Shown: piece by piece, positions 17,250-26,406 of the stretch
Numbering within the stretch: the first letter of the stretch is position 1
Layout of the letters: every line of letters begins with the position of its first letter
Source: Telmatocola sphagniphila
Lineage (GTDB): Bacteria; Planctomycetota; Planctomycetia; Gemmatales; Gemmataceae
Direction of reading: 5' to 3'
Length of the DNA stretch: 32,000 nucleotides
Assembly: GCF_018398935.1 (NCBI RefSeq)
Contig: NZ_CP074694.1
Span: 5,250,001-5,282,000 of the forward strand
Made by a program: the position numbers and the translations under genes
Notes under the pieces: generated by a model
What the model was told of the DNA's origin: nothing
Database searches by the model: none
The model's input: the letters and a program-made list of their open reading frames with translations, nothing else

Positions 17250-17277
17250 AAAAAAGTCTCATCTGTGAGACTTTTTT
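17250..17277. terminator. Bidirectional rho-independent terminator
   Basis: AAAAAAGTCTCA-tctg-TGAGACTTTTTT is a perfect 12-bp stem including A/T tracts on both sides. Confidence 0.8.
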
Positions 17278-17328
17278 AGTTGAACTTCTTATCATTCTCT
17301 GGGATTATGAGAGATAGGAGGCAAGCCC

Positions 17329-17703
17329 ATGACAGTGGCAGTTTTCGATCTGAATTCCCGGCGAAAAGCGTTAAAAATGCCGGTGGATATACTCGTGAAA
17401 CGCTCCGGTGTGCCACGACCGACGGTTTTCCGCATACTTCGGGGGAATACGGACAAGGTGCGCTTTGGGTATGTTCAAAGGGTCGCGGAAGTCCTCGGGT
17501 TAGGATTCGGACAGCCCGCTTTGGATCCGGAAGAACTTCGGCGGCAGGAAGCAAAACGGAAAGCTCGTTTGCTGCGTCGGCTTACTCAGGGCACTATGGG
17601 GCTCGAAGCGCAGGCAGTATCGGATGAAGTGCTGAGCGAATTGGAAGAAATGACGATTGCAAAATTACTGGCTGGTAAAGGCCGCAAGCTCTGGAGCGAT
17701 TGA
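17329..17703 (+). CDS. XRE-like HTH protein, 'mobile mystery protein A'-like (putative antitoxin/regulator of the adjacent Fic)
   Basis: 'RRKALKMPVDILVKRSGVPRPTVFRILRGNTDKVRFGYVQRVAEVLGL' fits an HTH_XRE pattern. AGGAGG lies 10 nt upstream of the ATG. Its stop overlaps the start region of the Fic gene. Confidence 0.75.
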   Translation: MTVAVFDLNSRRKALKMPVDILVKRSGVPRPTVFRILRGNTDKVRFGYVQRVAEVLGLGFGQPALDPEELRRQEAKRKARLLRRLTQGTMGLEAQAVSDEVLSELEEMTIAKLLAGKGRKLWSD

Positions 17704-18293
17704 CGCTTATGACCTGGAAGTCGATCCCCGGTGAAACTCCGATTGATCCATCCGGTTTACGCAGTAAGAGTATCCGCACGAGAAAGCAACTCAACGAGGC
17801 TGAAGGTCGAAATATCGCCCAGCCTATTTTCAAATATTTGATCGGGGAATTGAAACCTGAAATGGCTCCTTTCGACCTGACATGGACTCTGGCTCTTCAT
17901 GAAGAAATGTTCGGAAAGGTTTGGGAGTGGGCCGGCCAAACTCGCAAAATCGATCTGAATATGGGTGTCTCCTGGCACCAAGTTGAAACGCAGCTTTACG
18001 ACTTGCTGCAGAGAATTCCATTTTGGAGCGATAAATCATTAGTCGAACAAGCAGCTCGAATTCATCACGGAGCGGTAGCAATCCATCCGTTCTTGAATGG
18101 TAACGGTCGCTGGTCGCGAATGCTTGCCAACATCTGGCTTAAACTTAACCACTCTAAAGTGACGGTTTGGCCTGAGCAAGCGGTGGGCGAAGTCAGTATC
18201 ATCCGTGAGGAGTATCTACAAGCCATTCGAGCTGCAGATAGCCTGGATTTCAATCCACTAATTCAATTACACGAAAAGTATTCGGAATTATAA
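17700..18293 (+). CDS. Fic/DOC family protein, 'mobile mystery protein B'-like
   Basis: Fic motif 'HPFLNGNGRWSR'. The N-terminus 'IPGETPIDPSGLRSKSIRTRKQLNEAEGRNI' is typical of this subfamily. The TTG at 17700 overlaps the upstream TGA; an alternative ATG is at 17709. Confidence 0.9.
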   Translation: MTLMTWKSIPGETPIDPSGLRSKSIRTRKQLNEAEGRNIAQPIFKYLIGELKPEMAPFDLTWTLALHEEMFGKVWEWAGQTRKIDLNMGVSWHQVETQLYDLLQRIPFWSDKSLVEQAARIHHGAVAIHPFLNGNGRWSRMLANIWLKLNHSKVTVWPEQAVGEVSIIREEYLQAIRAADSLDFNPLIQLHEKYSEL

Positions 18294-18386
18294 TTTTGAG
18301 TATTCAGCAAAAAAAAATCTGATTTCATGTTATGTAACAAATGATAATCCATCAGTTGACTGAATGATAAAAACTTGGAGTGGAAG

Positions 18387-19241
18387 TCACTTCCCCTCTT
18401 TCAACAGCGGTTCGTCCAGCTTCCACCGCTTCTTGAATTCATTTTTTAAGAACTCCAAACCCGCTATCTCCGGTTCTTCCGAGTCGGGCTGGGATTTTCC
18501 AAGCATTGAAATGGGACGCACAGCGGTTGGCTCTTTCATAGACACCGTTTGAATGGGTACAGATGACTTTTCGACCTTAGCCGGTTCGGGATCCTTCTTT
18601 ACATCAGCTATCAAAGCCGCGAAATAAAGAGGATCCTTCTCCAGAATTTGCGTCGCGAATTTTCGAGCCTCCGCCGGGCGGTTGGCCTTGGCGGCTAATT
18701 CGTAACTCTTGCGCAGAATCAGCAAATGCTTCCGAGTCGGATCTTTCTCGGCATTCAGCTGAGGAATCAATTCCGCAAGGATCGCATGCTCCGCCGCTAT
18801 ATGACAAACCACCACCGACTCCACGGCCGGGAAATATTCCACTTTGTCCAAATTGTCTTCGAGTTTGGAAAGCAGTGTCTCCCTCAAGACTTTCGCGATA
18901 TCCGGAAAAGTTTCAATTTTGTAGGTTTGAATTACTAAATCCGTTGGTTTGGCTTTCTGTAATAAAGTTGGATCGGGTAATTGCAGATTCGCGACATCTA
19001 CTTTGGGTATCTGGATTTCTATTTCGGATTTTTCGAGCCCCTTGATTTCGAAAGAATCAAGCTTCCTCGCTTCATCCTTCATCTCTTTCCAGCTCACATC
19101 ACGATAGATGCCGATTTTTTTCTCTACCGGGACCTCAGGAGTGACTTGAGCCAACTCTTTTAAAGGTCTGGTTCGCATTCCCCAATAACTCAACAACCCC
19201 ACACCGGCGAAAACCAGAAGAAATAAAGCAATCCTTCGCAT
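18387..19241 (-). CDS. Hypothetical secreted/membrane-anchored protein (284 aa)
   Basis: N-terminal signal/anchor 'MRRIALFLLVFAGVGLLSYWG'. A long uninterrupted ORF at about 45% GC. I recognise no family motif. The C-terminal half is helical/TPR-like (ANRPAEARKFATQILEKDPLYF). Confidence 0.65.
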   Translation of the reverse strand: MRRIALFLLVFAGVGLLSYWGMRTRPLKELAQVTPEVPVEKKIGIYRDVSWKEMKDEARKLDSFEIKGLEKSEIEIQIPKVDVANLQLPDPTLLQKAKPTDLVIQTYKIETFPDIAKVLRETLLSKLEDNLDKVEYFPAVESVVVCHIAAEHAILAELIPQLNAEKDPTRKHLLILRKSYELAAKANRPAEARKFATQILEKDPLYFAALIADVKKDPEPAKVEKSSVPIQTVSMKEPTAVRPISMLGKSQPDSEEPEIAGLEFLKNEFKKRWKLDEPLLKEGK

Positions 19242-19414
19242 GGCGATGCTCCTGAGAGAATAAATCGTACTTCAGGGTACCCAGTCTGTTTTTTTTCGCC
19301 AAGGTCAACTTCCGCGACAATTTCGATTCAATAGACCTCCGGCAGGCCCAAAAAGAACTCGTACTCTCCGCCGGTTTCTGTTATCCTGCCCAGACCAATA
19401 TCGCGAGACTACCC

Positions 19415-22150
19415 ATGCGCCGAATTTCCGCTCTTTTTCTGCTGTTTCTGACCTCCTGCGGCGGAGGAAATAAACCCCAAGCCAAGGTCGAAATCGCCGA
19501 GGCCCCGGCCACTACCAAGGCCGAGACGAAAAAGCTCGAACCGGAAAAAGTGACCGTCAAAGCGGTGGAACTGAGCGACTACGGCTATCGATTTGTCATT
19601 GATTTGCCAACTGATGTGCTAGTCGAGCCGCAGAAGGATGGCGCTGTGCTTCTGAAGCGAGGCGAAACCCTGGCCATCCGGATCGACCGAAAGTCGAGCG
19701 CTTTCAATCTGGCCGATCAGGAGGAGTTGGACGTTAATCATGCTTCCACTTTTTTCGGCAGCGAACTCGAACCGGCCCTGCGCTTCCAGTTCGATAAACA
19801 GGAAAAGGGAGACGTCCGCCAGCTGGAAGGTCGCTTGCAACCGGGCAAAGCCGGTTATGCGGTTCACATTGCCGGTAAGTTCACCGAAGCTCAGATGAAC
19901 GAAATGGTGGCAATTCTGGCCACGGCGCGCGTCAACGAATCGATCAAACTGCTCGAACAGAAGCAGGAAGATGCGGCCGTCCGGCTGTCGCAGACGAAGA
20001 TCGCGATCCGTCGCCAAAATGGCCTTCCCACACTCGCGTTGGACCGGCCCGTTTCGCCGGAGCTGCTTCCCGATCTCTTGAGCCTCATCGATCTGCGCGG
20101 CCTCGCCTTCTACAAGTATCCGTTCAAAGACGCCGATCTGGTACCTTTCGCCAAAATTCCCTTCGTGGAAAATCTGCTGCTCGAAGGACCGGGCATTTCC
20201 GACAAAGCTTTTGAAACCATCAAGCAGTGGAAGTGGCTGCGCGAACTGCGACTGATCGGTACGCAGGTAATCGGCACCGGCTTCAACGATCTGCGAAGTG
20301 CCCAGTATCTTCAGGAAGTTTCGATCAGCTTTGGCCCATTCCGAAATGCCGGGCTGCAATCGCTTCAGGGTGTGCCGCTGGAGAAGATCACGCTGAATAC
20401 CACGGACATCACCGATTCGGGTGTCGCTTTTCTATCTCAGATACCGACCTTGCGAACGATCACCCTGATTGATAATCGGGTCGAGGGCAAAGCCATCGAG
20501 GGCCTGAGCAAGATGCCCGAATTGAAATCGCTGGCATTCATCGCCTGCCCTTTGGACGCTGCGGCCTTCAAAGCAATTGCCGGCTGTGTCAAGCTCGAAT
20601 CGCTGGCGTTTGGCAATATCGCCCTGGGCACCAGCGATCTCAGCTGGCTGGGCTCACTGAAGGACTTGGAATCGCTCAGCTTCTTCGATACCGATATGAC
20701 CGCTAAATCTCTGCAGACGCTGGCCGCCGGCCCGGCCCTGAAAACCCTGCAGATTCGCGATGTGAATTTGCCCGAAGCGGAACTGCTGGCTTTCGAAAAG
20801 AAGAATGCGAACCTGAAGGTGCAATATCCGCGGCCGCGGGCCGAGCCCGATCTGCTGGGTGTATTACCTCCCAAACCGATTTCTGAATTGCCGGCGGCCG
20901 ATCCTAAGAAGATGATCGATACCCATAAAGGGCAAATCAAAATTAACGAAGAGGCCGAAGGGAAGCCGATTGTGGCCGTCGTGTTGAAAAATAGTCAGGT
21001 CAGCAATTTGGATCTGGCGGAACTCCGCTCGCTGAACAAGCTCGAACGACTCGATTTGACCAATTGCCCCGGCGTGTTCGACCAGGGGCTGGCGTACATC
21101 GGGGAACTGAAAAACCTGCAAGTACTGAAGCTCAATGGCACCAGCATCACGGGCGACGGCTTCGGTTTTCTGAAGGATCTCAAGAACCTGACGACCCTGG
21201 AACTGCCCAATCAAAATTTCACGACCAAGCAGCTGGCCCCCTTGATGGCCTTGCCCAATCTGGAACGAATCAACTGTCTCAATGGCGAAAATCTTTACTT
21301 CAAGCTGAAGAATCTCGAAGGCTTGAAGAATCTGAAGGAACTCGATCTTACCAGCCCCGATATGGTCGGCTTCGATCCTTTGATGTTTCTGCCGCATTTC
21401 AAGAAGCTGGAATCCTTGAAGGTGAACAACCCGGCCTCGCGATCCTTGCCCAAGGTCGGTGAACTCGTGGAATTGCGGACGCTTCAGATGACGGGCATTT
21501 ATTATTCGCGACTGGATCAGTGGAGACCGCTCAGCAATTTGAAGGAACTTCGCGAATTGACGATTTCCAGTGGCATGCTGGATGACACGAAATTAGTTGT
21601 GCTTCGCGAACTCTCTAACTTGGAAAAGCTGCACTTGAACTGTCCGCGATTGACGGATAAGGGCATTGGCCGCGTGCGCGATTACGGCAAGCTGCGCGAC
21701 CTGTCGCTGGCCGACTGCGGCATCTCCGATGCAACGCTCGAAAGCATCGGCGATATGAAGGAACTGGAAGAGCTCGATTTGACGGGGACTCAAATTACCG
21801 ATGCCGGATTGGCCAAATTGAAGGAAATGGAAGAGCTTCGCAATTTGAAGATTGGCAACGATAAGTTGACCGGTAAAGGGTTGAACGAGTTGCGTTCTCT
21901 GAAGCGGATTCGCACGCTTCAATTGTCGGATATGAAATTCGTGGACGGCACGGCCGAGGCGATTCGCGGTTTGAACGGCCTAATCGAAGTGCATCTGCTC
22001 GGATGTTCGCTGAAGTCTAGTGATGTGGAGAAGATCCTCGGCCTGCCGGAATTGCGCCGGCTAACACTCCCGACCTTGATCGAGACCGAGCAGGCGAAGG
22101 TGGACGAGATCGTGAAGAAGTATCCGAAGGTGAAGATTGTGGTGCAATGA
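19415..22150 (+). CDS. Large leucine-rich-repeat (RNI-like LRR) lipoprotein
   Basis: Lipobox 'LFLLFLTSC|GGG'. More than 20 repeats of the type 'LxxLxxLxLxxTxITDxGLxxLxxL' run through the C-terminal ~650 aa. Confidence 0.9.
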   Translation: MRRISALFLLFLTSCGGGNKPQAKVEIAEAPATTKAETKKLEPEKVTVKAVELSDYGYRFVIDLPTDVLVEPQKDGAVLLKRGETLAIRIDRKSSAFNLADQEELDVNHASTFFGSELEPALRFQFDKQEKGDVRQLEGRLQPGKAGYAVHIAGKFTEAQMNEMVAILATARVNESIKLLEQKQEDAAVRLSQTKIAIRRQNGLPTLALDRPVSPELLPDLLSLIDLRGLAFYKYPFKDADLVPFAKIPFVENLLLEGPGISDKAFETIKQWKWLRELRLIGTQVIGTGFNDLRSAQYLQEVSISFGPFRNAGLQSLQGVPLEKITLNTTDITDSGVAFLSQIPTLRTITLIDNRVEGKAIEGLSKMPELKSLAFIACPLDAAAFKAIAGCVKLESLAFGNIALGTSDLSWLGSLKDLESLSFFDTDMTAKSLQTLAAGPALKTLQIRDVNLPEAELLAFEKKNANLKVQYPRPRAEPDLLGVLPPKPISELPAADPKKMIDTHKGQIKINEEAEGKPIVAVVLKNSQVSNLDLAELRSLNKLERLDLTNCPGVFDQGLAYIGELKNLQVLKLNGTSITGDGFGFLKDLKNLTTLELPNQNFTTKQLAPLMALPNLERINCLNGENLYFKLKNLEGLKNLKELDLTSPDMVGFDPLMFLPHFKKLESLKVNNPASRSLPKVGELVELRTLQMTGIYYSRLDQWRPLSNLKELRELTISSGMLDDTKLVVLRELSNLEKLHLNCPRLTDKGIGRVRDYGKLRDLSLADCGISDATLESIGDMKELEELDLTGTQITDAGLAKLKEMEELRNLKIGNDKLTGKGLNELRSLKRIRTLQLSDMKFVDGTAEAIRGLNGLIEVHLLGCSLKSSDVEKILGLPELRRLTLPTLIETEQAKVDEIVKKYPKVKIVVQ

Positions 22151-22695
22151 GCGGCGAGAAATCTTTAGATTGTTGAGAATTTTCGAATCGGAATAAAGTG
22201 TTATTTTTTGTCTACGCGCCATCGAGTTACTTGAATGAATCTCAAAAAGATTGAACCGCAGAGGACACAGAGAGCACAGAGGAATGTGTATATAGCATCC
22301 AAAATAGAAATTGATTTGAGTTCCATGAAAAAGCTTTAGCAAGATGACTTGTGTTCGAGTGTCAGAAAGCGCGCACGAAATGGAAGAAGTAGGGGGAGAA
22401 AATACCAAATATCCCCCCAAATTGTTTAAGAAATAAGGAAATCTTCCTTATTCTCTGGAACAGAGTCTACCACGGCGAGCTTCACCAAAAACCCCGCTTG
22501 GAAAAGGCATATAAAACCCGCATTGAACAGAGCAGATTCTCTTCAACTTTCAAGCCTACCCGAATCGAACCTCATCTCGAGAGTCATTTTTCGCATGAGG
22601 ACCTGCCTTCGATCTTCCCGGAAAGTTACGTGGTAAGGCTACGTAAAAGATAGTGCATGATACTTGCGGCCGTCTCATTCGGGCAAGCTTCAAGT

Positions 22696-23832
22696 TCAGA
22701 TTTTACGCAAAAAGGGACGTTCGAAAGCCAGGAAGAACAGATAAGAAAAAGCCAAAATGAGCGGCACGCCGATCAAAACAAGTAACGCTAACATTCGTTC
22801 GGGAGGATCTTGCGACGAAGCAAACGGATATTGCCAGAGGATCTGAATGATCGGTGCATGAATCAGATAGATGCTATAAGCAAACGACCCGAGGAATACC
22901 AGTGGCTTCAAACTCAATAAACGGCGCAGATAATTTCCTTCCCTTCGGGATGCCAGAATCAAAAGCACCATCGCCCACAGTCCGACAATGTAGTCGCAAA
23001 CATAATCGGGCACCTTCCGGTCGAAGAGTTTCTCCGCTTCCTGAGCCATTCCCAGACCCCCCAACAGGAATATCGTCAGTAATCGCCAGGGAATCCTGGC
23101 CGTGATCGCAGCGTAGTCCGGCGTGGGTATGGCTATCTTCGCTCCCAGCATGCCGAATGCAAACAGTCCGATATAGTGAGCGGTTAAGCCACTCTCGTAA
23201 TATTCCCTAAAGAATTCGAAGAGCAACCAGGAACTTAGCGTTGCTAAAATCGTCGTGCGCACGGCCCCGATCTTCCGCCACAATAATACTAACAACGGAA
23301 AGAGGAAATAGATCCGCCATTCCACGGCAATCGACCAGAGCACGTAGTTAATCGTGTGGTCTTCAAAAAATAGGTCCTGTACCAGAAACAGGTGTGCGAT
23401 AAAGCTTTTCATCGTTACCTGCAGGCTTTTATCCCAGACGCGCTCTGTCTTGTCATGAATCAATAACGAGATCAAAACCAGCGAGAGAGCGACAGAAAAT
23501 AAATAGGGTAACACAATTCGGCGACATCGCCCCTTATAGAATTCGATCGCTCCCAAGCGCAGCTTCCCGCCATTTTGAACTACCGGCCGCATTAAACAAA
23601 AGCCGGAAAGGACGATAAAAATATCGACCGCATAATTACCGAAATAGAAAAGCTTCATGCCATAGGTGGCCAGTCCGGGAATTACCTCCGAACTGAATTT
23701 CGGATTGACTTGCAGTACAACATGATGCACGACCACATAGAGCGCGGCCAAGGCTCGAAGGCCATCAAGATATTCGAGATGTCGCCCGGCGGTTGGCTTG
23801 CTTGCTTCGAATTGATCCGCGTTGGATGCCAT
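22696..23832 (-). CDS. Acyltransferase family 3 (OafA/YrhL-like) integral membrane protein
   Basis: 'HLEYLDGLRALAALYVVVHH' is the canonical acyltransferase_3 N-terminus, followed by about 10 TM segments. The ORF stays open up to 24015, but the extra 61 residues are basic and atypical. Plausible starts are M at 23832 or 23886. Confidence 0.88.
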   Translation of the reverse strand: MASNADQFEASKPTAGRHLEYLDGLRALAALYVVVHHVVLQVNPKFSSEVIPGLATYGMKLFYFGNYAVDIFIVLSGFCLMRPVVQNGGKLRLGAIEFYKGRCRRIVLPYLFSVALSLVLISLLIHDKTERVWDKSLQVTMKSFIAHLFLVQDLFFEDHTINYVLWSIAVEWRIYFLFPLLVLLWRKIGAVRTTILATLSSWLLFEFFREYYESGLTAHYIGLFAFGMLGAKIAIPTPDYAAITARIPWRLLTIFLLGGLGMAQEAEKLFDRKVPDYVCDYIVGLWAMVLLILASRREGNYLRRLLSLKPLVFLGSFAYSIYLIHAPIIQILWQYPFASSQDPPERMLALLVLIGVPLILAFSYLFFLAFERPFLRKI

Positions 23833-24039
23833 AGAGTTGGAATGGGAAGTTGTTCGACTCGAATCCTGCCTGCCGTGGTCCCGCATAAACCAATCTTTTG
23901 AACTATAGCTCCAAACTTGTGTTTCCACGGACAAAATCACTTGTTTCCTCCATTTTCCCCGGCGCTGAACCCGCCCCTGAAATTGCCGATCATCCGGGTC
24001 GAATTTCCCTAGCATAACCCTTTCCAGCGATGAACCACA

Positions 24040-26163
24040 TTGAGAGGAACGCTGATGATTCGCTTGCTAATGGCACTCTGCGTGTTCGGGGGTCTTATGG
24101 TGGAAGCCAGCGCGGCCGAGAAACGGCCCCTGCAAATAGACGATCTGTTCAAGCTCAAGCGTGTGGCCGATCCCCAGATTTCCCCCGACGGAAAATATGT
24201 GGTCTACCAGGTCACCGAAATTCTGGATGCGGACAAAAACAAGAAACAGACCCATCTGTGGCTGGCGGCCAGCGACGGCAAAACGCCGCCCCGTCAACTG
24301 ACCAGCTCGGGCAAGAGCGATACCCATCCGCGCTGGAGCCCAGACGGCAAAAAGATCCTATTTGAATCGAGCCGGGCCGGCACGCCACAGCTATACGTTC
24401 TCGATCTCAGCGGCGGAGAAGCTGTCAAGATCACCGATATTTCGAGCGGAGCCGGAAATGCCATCTGGAGTCCCGATGCTTCCAAGATCGCTTTCATGTC
24501 GGCGGTATATCCAGAATTCAGCGAGCTGCCATTTACCGAGAGCAACAAGAAGAATCAGGAAAAAAGTGATGGCATCGATAACAACATCGTCAAAGCCAAG
24601 GTCTTTACCAAGCTGTTTTTCCGCCACTGGGATGAATACGTCGGCGATAAGCGAAATCACCTGTTCGTGATCGATGCCGATGGCAAGAACTGCCGCGATG
24701 TCACCCCCGGTGATCGCGATGCCTACCCGAATAGCACGACTTTCAGCGTCGGCGACGATTTCGTATTTTCACCCGATGGCAAATATCTGGTGTTCGCGGC
24801 GGTGCCGGAGAAGAATGAATCGTGGAGTACCAACTACGATTTGTGCAGGGTCTCCCTCGACAATAAATCGACCAACTGGGAAAACCTGACCAAGGATAAT
24901 CCGGCCGCCGATAACTGTCCTCGCTTCAGCCCCGATGGCAAGAAACTGGCTTACCGAGCTCAAAAGAAGCCGGGCTACGAAGCCGATAAATGGGATATCC
25001 TGGTCGTTGATGTGAAGCCGGATGGCACCTTCGCGGGCAAGCCGGAAAATGTCACTTCGTCGCTCGATCGCTCGTTTGATTCCATCGTCTGGTTGAAGGA
25101 CAGCACCACTATTCTTACCGACGGCAACGACAACGGCGCTACCGCCATCTGGGATGTTTACACCCGCGAAAAGACCTTGACCAAGTTGATCGAAGGCGGC
25201 CAGATGAGTTCTGTGGGTGTCAGCAATGACGGCAACAAGTTGGTCTTCGCTCAATCGAAGTTGAATCATCCGAACAAGATTGTGGTGACCAGTACTCTAA
25301 AGGGGGCTGAAAGCGGCACAGTCACTATCGATGCCAATGCGACTCTGCTCGCCAGCCTCGATCTGCCCCGGCCCGAATCGGTGTCCGTTGACGTCGAAGG
25401 GGGCAAGATGCAGATGTGGATTCTGAAGCCGCCGGGCTTCGATCCTAGCAAGAAATGGCCGGTCGTTTATCTGGTGCACGGCGGGCCGCAAGGGGCCTGG
25501 GAAGATGGCTGGAGCAACCGCTGGAACCCGGAAATCTGGGCGGCTCAAGGCTACGTGATCGCTCTGCCGAATCCGCGCGGTTCAACCGGTTTCGGCCAGA
25601 AATTCTGCGATGAGATCAGCGGCGATTGGGGAGGAAAGTGCTACCGGGATCTGGTAGCCGGTCTGGAAGTCGTCAAAAAGCTGCCTTATGTCGATAAGGA
25701 TCGCATGGGCAGCGCCGGGGCCAGCTTCGGCGGTTACATGCAGGATTGGTTTGCCGTGAATGAGATTTCCAAAGAGTTCAAATGCCTGATCACCCACTGC
25801 TCGGTTTATAACTTCGAGAGTATGTGGGGGACGACCGATGAACTGTGGTTCGATGAATACGAACATGGCGGCTTGCCTTGGGAAATTCCTGGCAAGTATC
25901 GGGAATATTCGCCGCATACCCGGGCACAGAATCTGGGCAAGTACAAGACGCCGATGCTGATCATCCACAACGATTACGACTTCCGCTGTCCGATTGGTCA
26001 AGGGTTGGAATTGTTTAGTGCACTTCAGCGGCAGGGCGTACCGAGCCGATTTGTGAACTTCCCGGATGAAGGGCACTGGGTGTTGAAGCCCGCCAACAGC
26101 AAGTACTGGCACAAGGAAGTGTTCGCCTGGTTGACCAAGTATGCCCCGCCGGGTGGGAAGTAG
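24040..26163 (+). CDS. S9 family serine peptidase (prolyl oligopeptidase/acylaminoacyl-peptidase type) with an N-terminal PD40/TolB-like beta-propeller
   Basis: Signal peptide (MIRLLMALCVFGGLMVEASA, probable start 24055). Repeated 'SPDGK' propeller motifs. Nucleophile elbow 'GASFGGYM', with 'HNDYDFRCP' and 'DEGHW' as the catalytic Asp and His. Confidence 0.95.
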   Translation: MRGTLMIRLLMALCVFGGLMVEASAAEKRPLQIDDLFKLKRVADPQISPDGKYVVYQVTEILDADKNKKQTHLWLAASDGKTPPRQLTSSGKSDTHPRWSPDGKKILFESSRAGTPQLYVLDLSGGEAVKITDISSGAGNAIWSPDASKIAFMSAVYPEFSELPFTESNKKNQEKSDGIDNNIVKAKVFTKLFFRHWDEYVGDKRNHLFVIDADGKNCRDVTPGDRDAYPNSTTFSVGDDFVFSPDGKYLVFAAVPEKNESWSTNYDLCRVSLDNKSTNWENLTKDNPAADNCPRFSPDGKKLAYRAQKKPGYEADKWDILVVDVKPDGTFAGKPENVTSSLDRSFDSIVWLKDSTTILTDGNDNGATAIWDVYTREKTLTKLIEGGQMSSVGVSNDGNKLVFAQSKLNHPNKIVVTSTLKGAESGTVTIDANATLLASLDLPRPESVSVDVEGGKMQMWILKPPGFDPSKKWPVVYLVHGGPQGAWEDGWSNRWNPEIWAAQGYVIALPNPRGSTGFGQKFCDEISGDWGGKCYRDLVAGLEVVKKLPYVDKDRMGSAGASFGGYMQDWFAVNEISKEFKCLITHCSVYNFESMWGTTDELWFDEYEHGGLPWEIPGKYREYSPHTRAQNLGKYKTPMLIIHNDYDFRCPIGQGLELFSALQRQGVPSRFVNFPDEGHWVLKPANSKYWHKEVFAWLTKYAPPGGK

Positions 26164-26406
26164 GATCGATTATTCCCGGTGCCTGCAGTGGACTTTGCGG
26201 TTAAAGGTTTTTAGTGACTTAATACACCGAAAAACCGACTGCACTGCGGGCATCGTAAACCGAGACGTAAAATTACTTTTCGAAAGTGTTTATTGACGAA
26301 AAGGTCGTCCCATCCGACTTTTGTGCTCTCCCACTCTATACGGGTTCAGTGCCAGCAAGTTTTTGTACTTTCTTGTAAGACAGACTAACCCGCTTTAGAC
26401 TTGTTT

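Noticed and set aside
19619-20359. 246-aa ORF (and 20437..20940, 20864..21397) antisense to the LRR lipoprotein gene
   Set aside because: The sense strand shows a regular LRR periodicity and a lipobox. The antisense ORFs reflect repeat-driven stop-codon paucity.
23833-24015. 61-codon N-terminal extension of the acyltransferase-3 ORF
   Set aside because: The extension is highly basic and non-hydrophobic. It would leave only about 25-40 bp for the divergent promoter region. The family signature (LDGLRALAA) sits a normal distance from the M at 23832.
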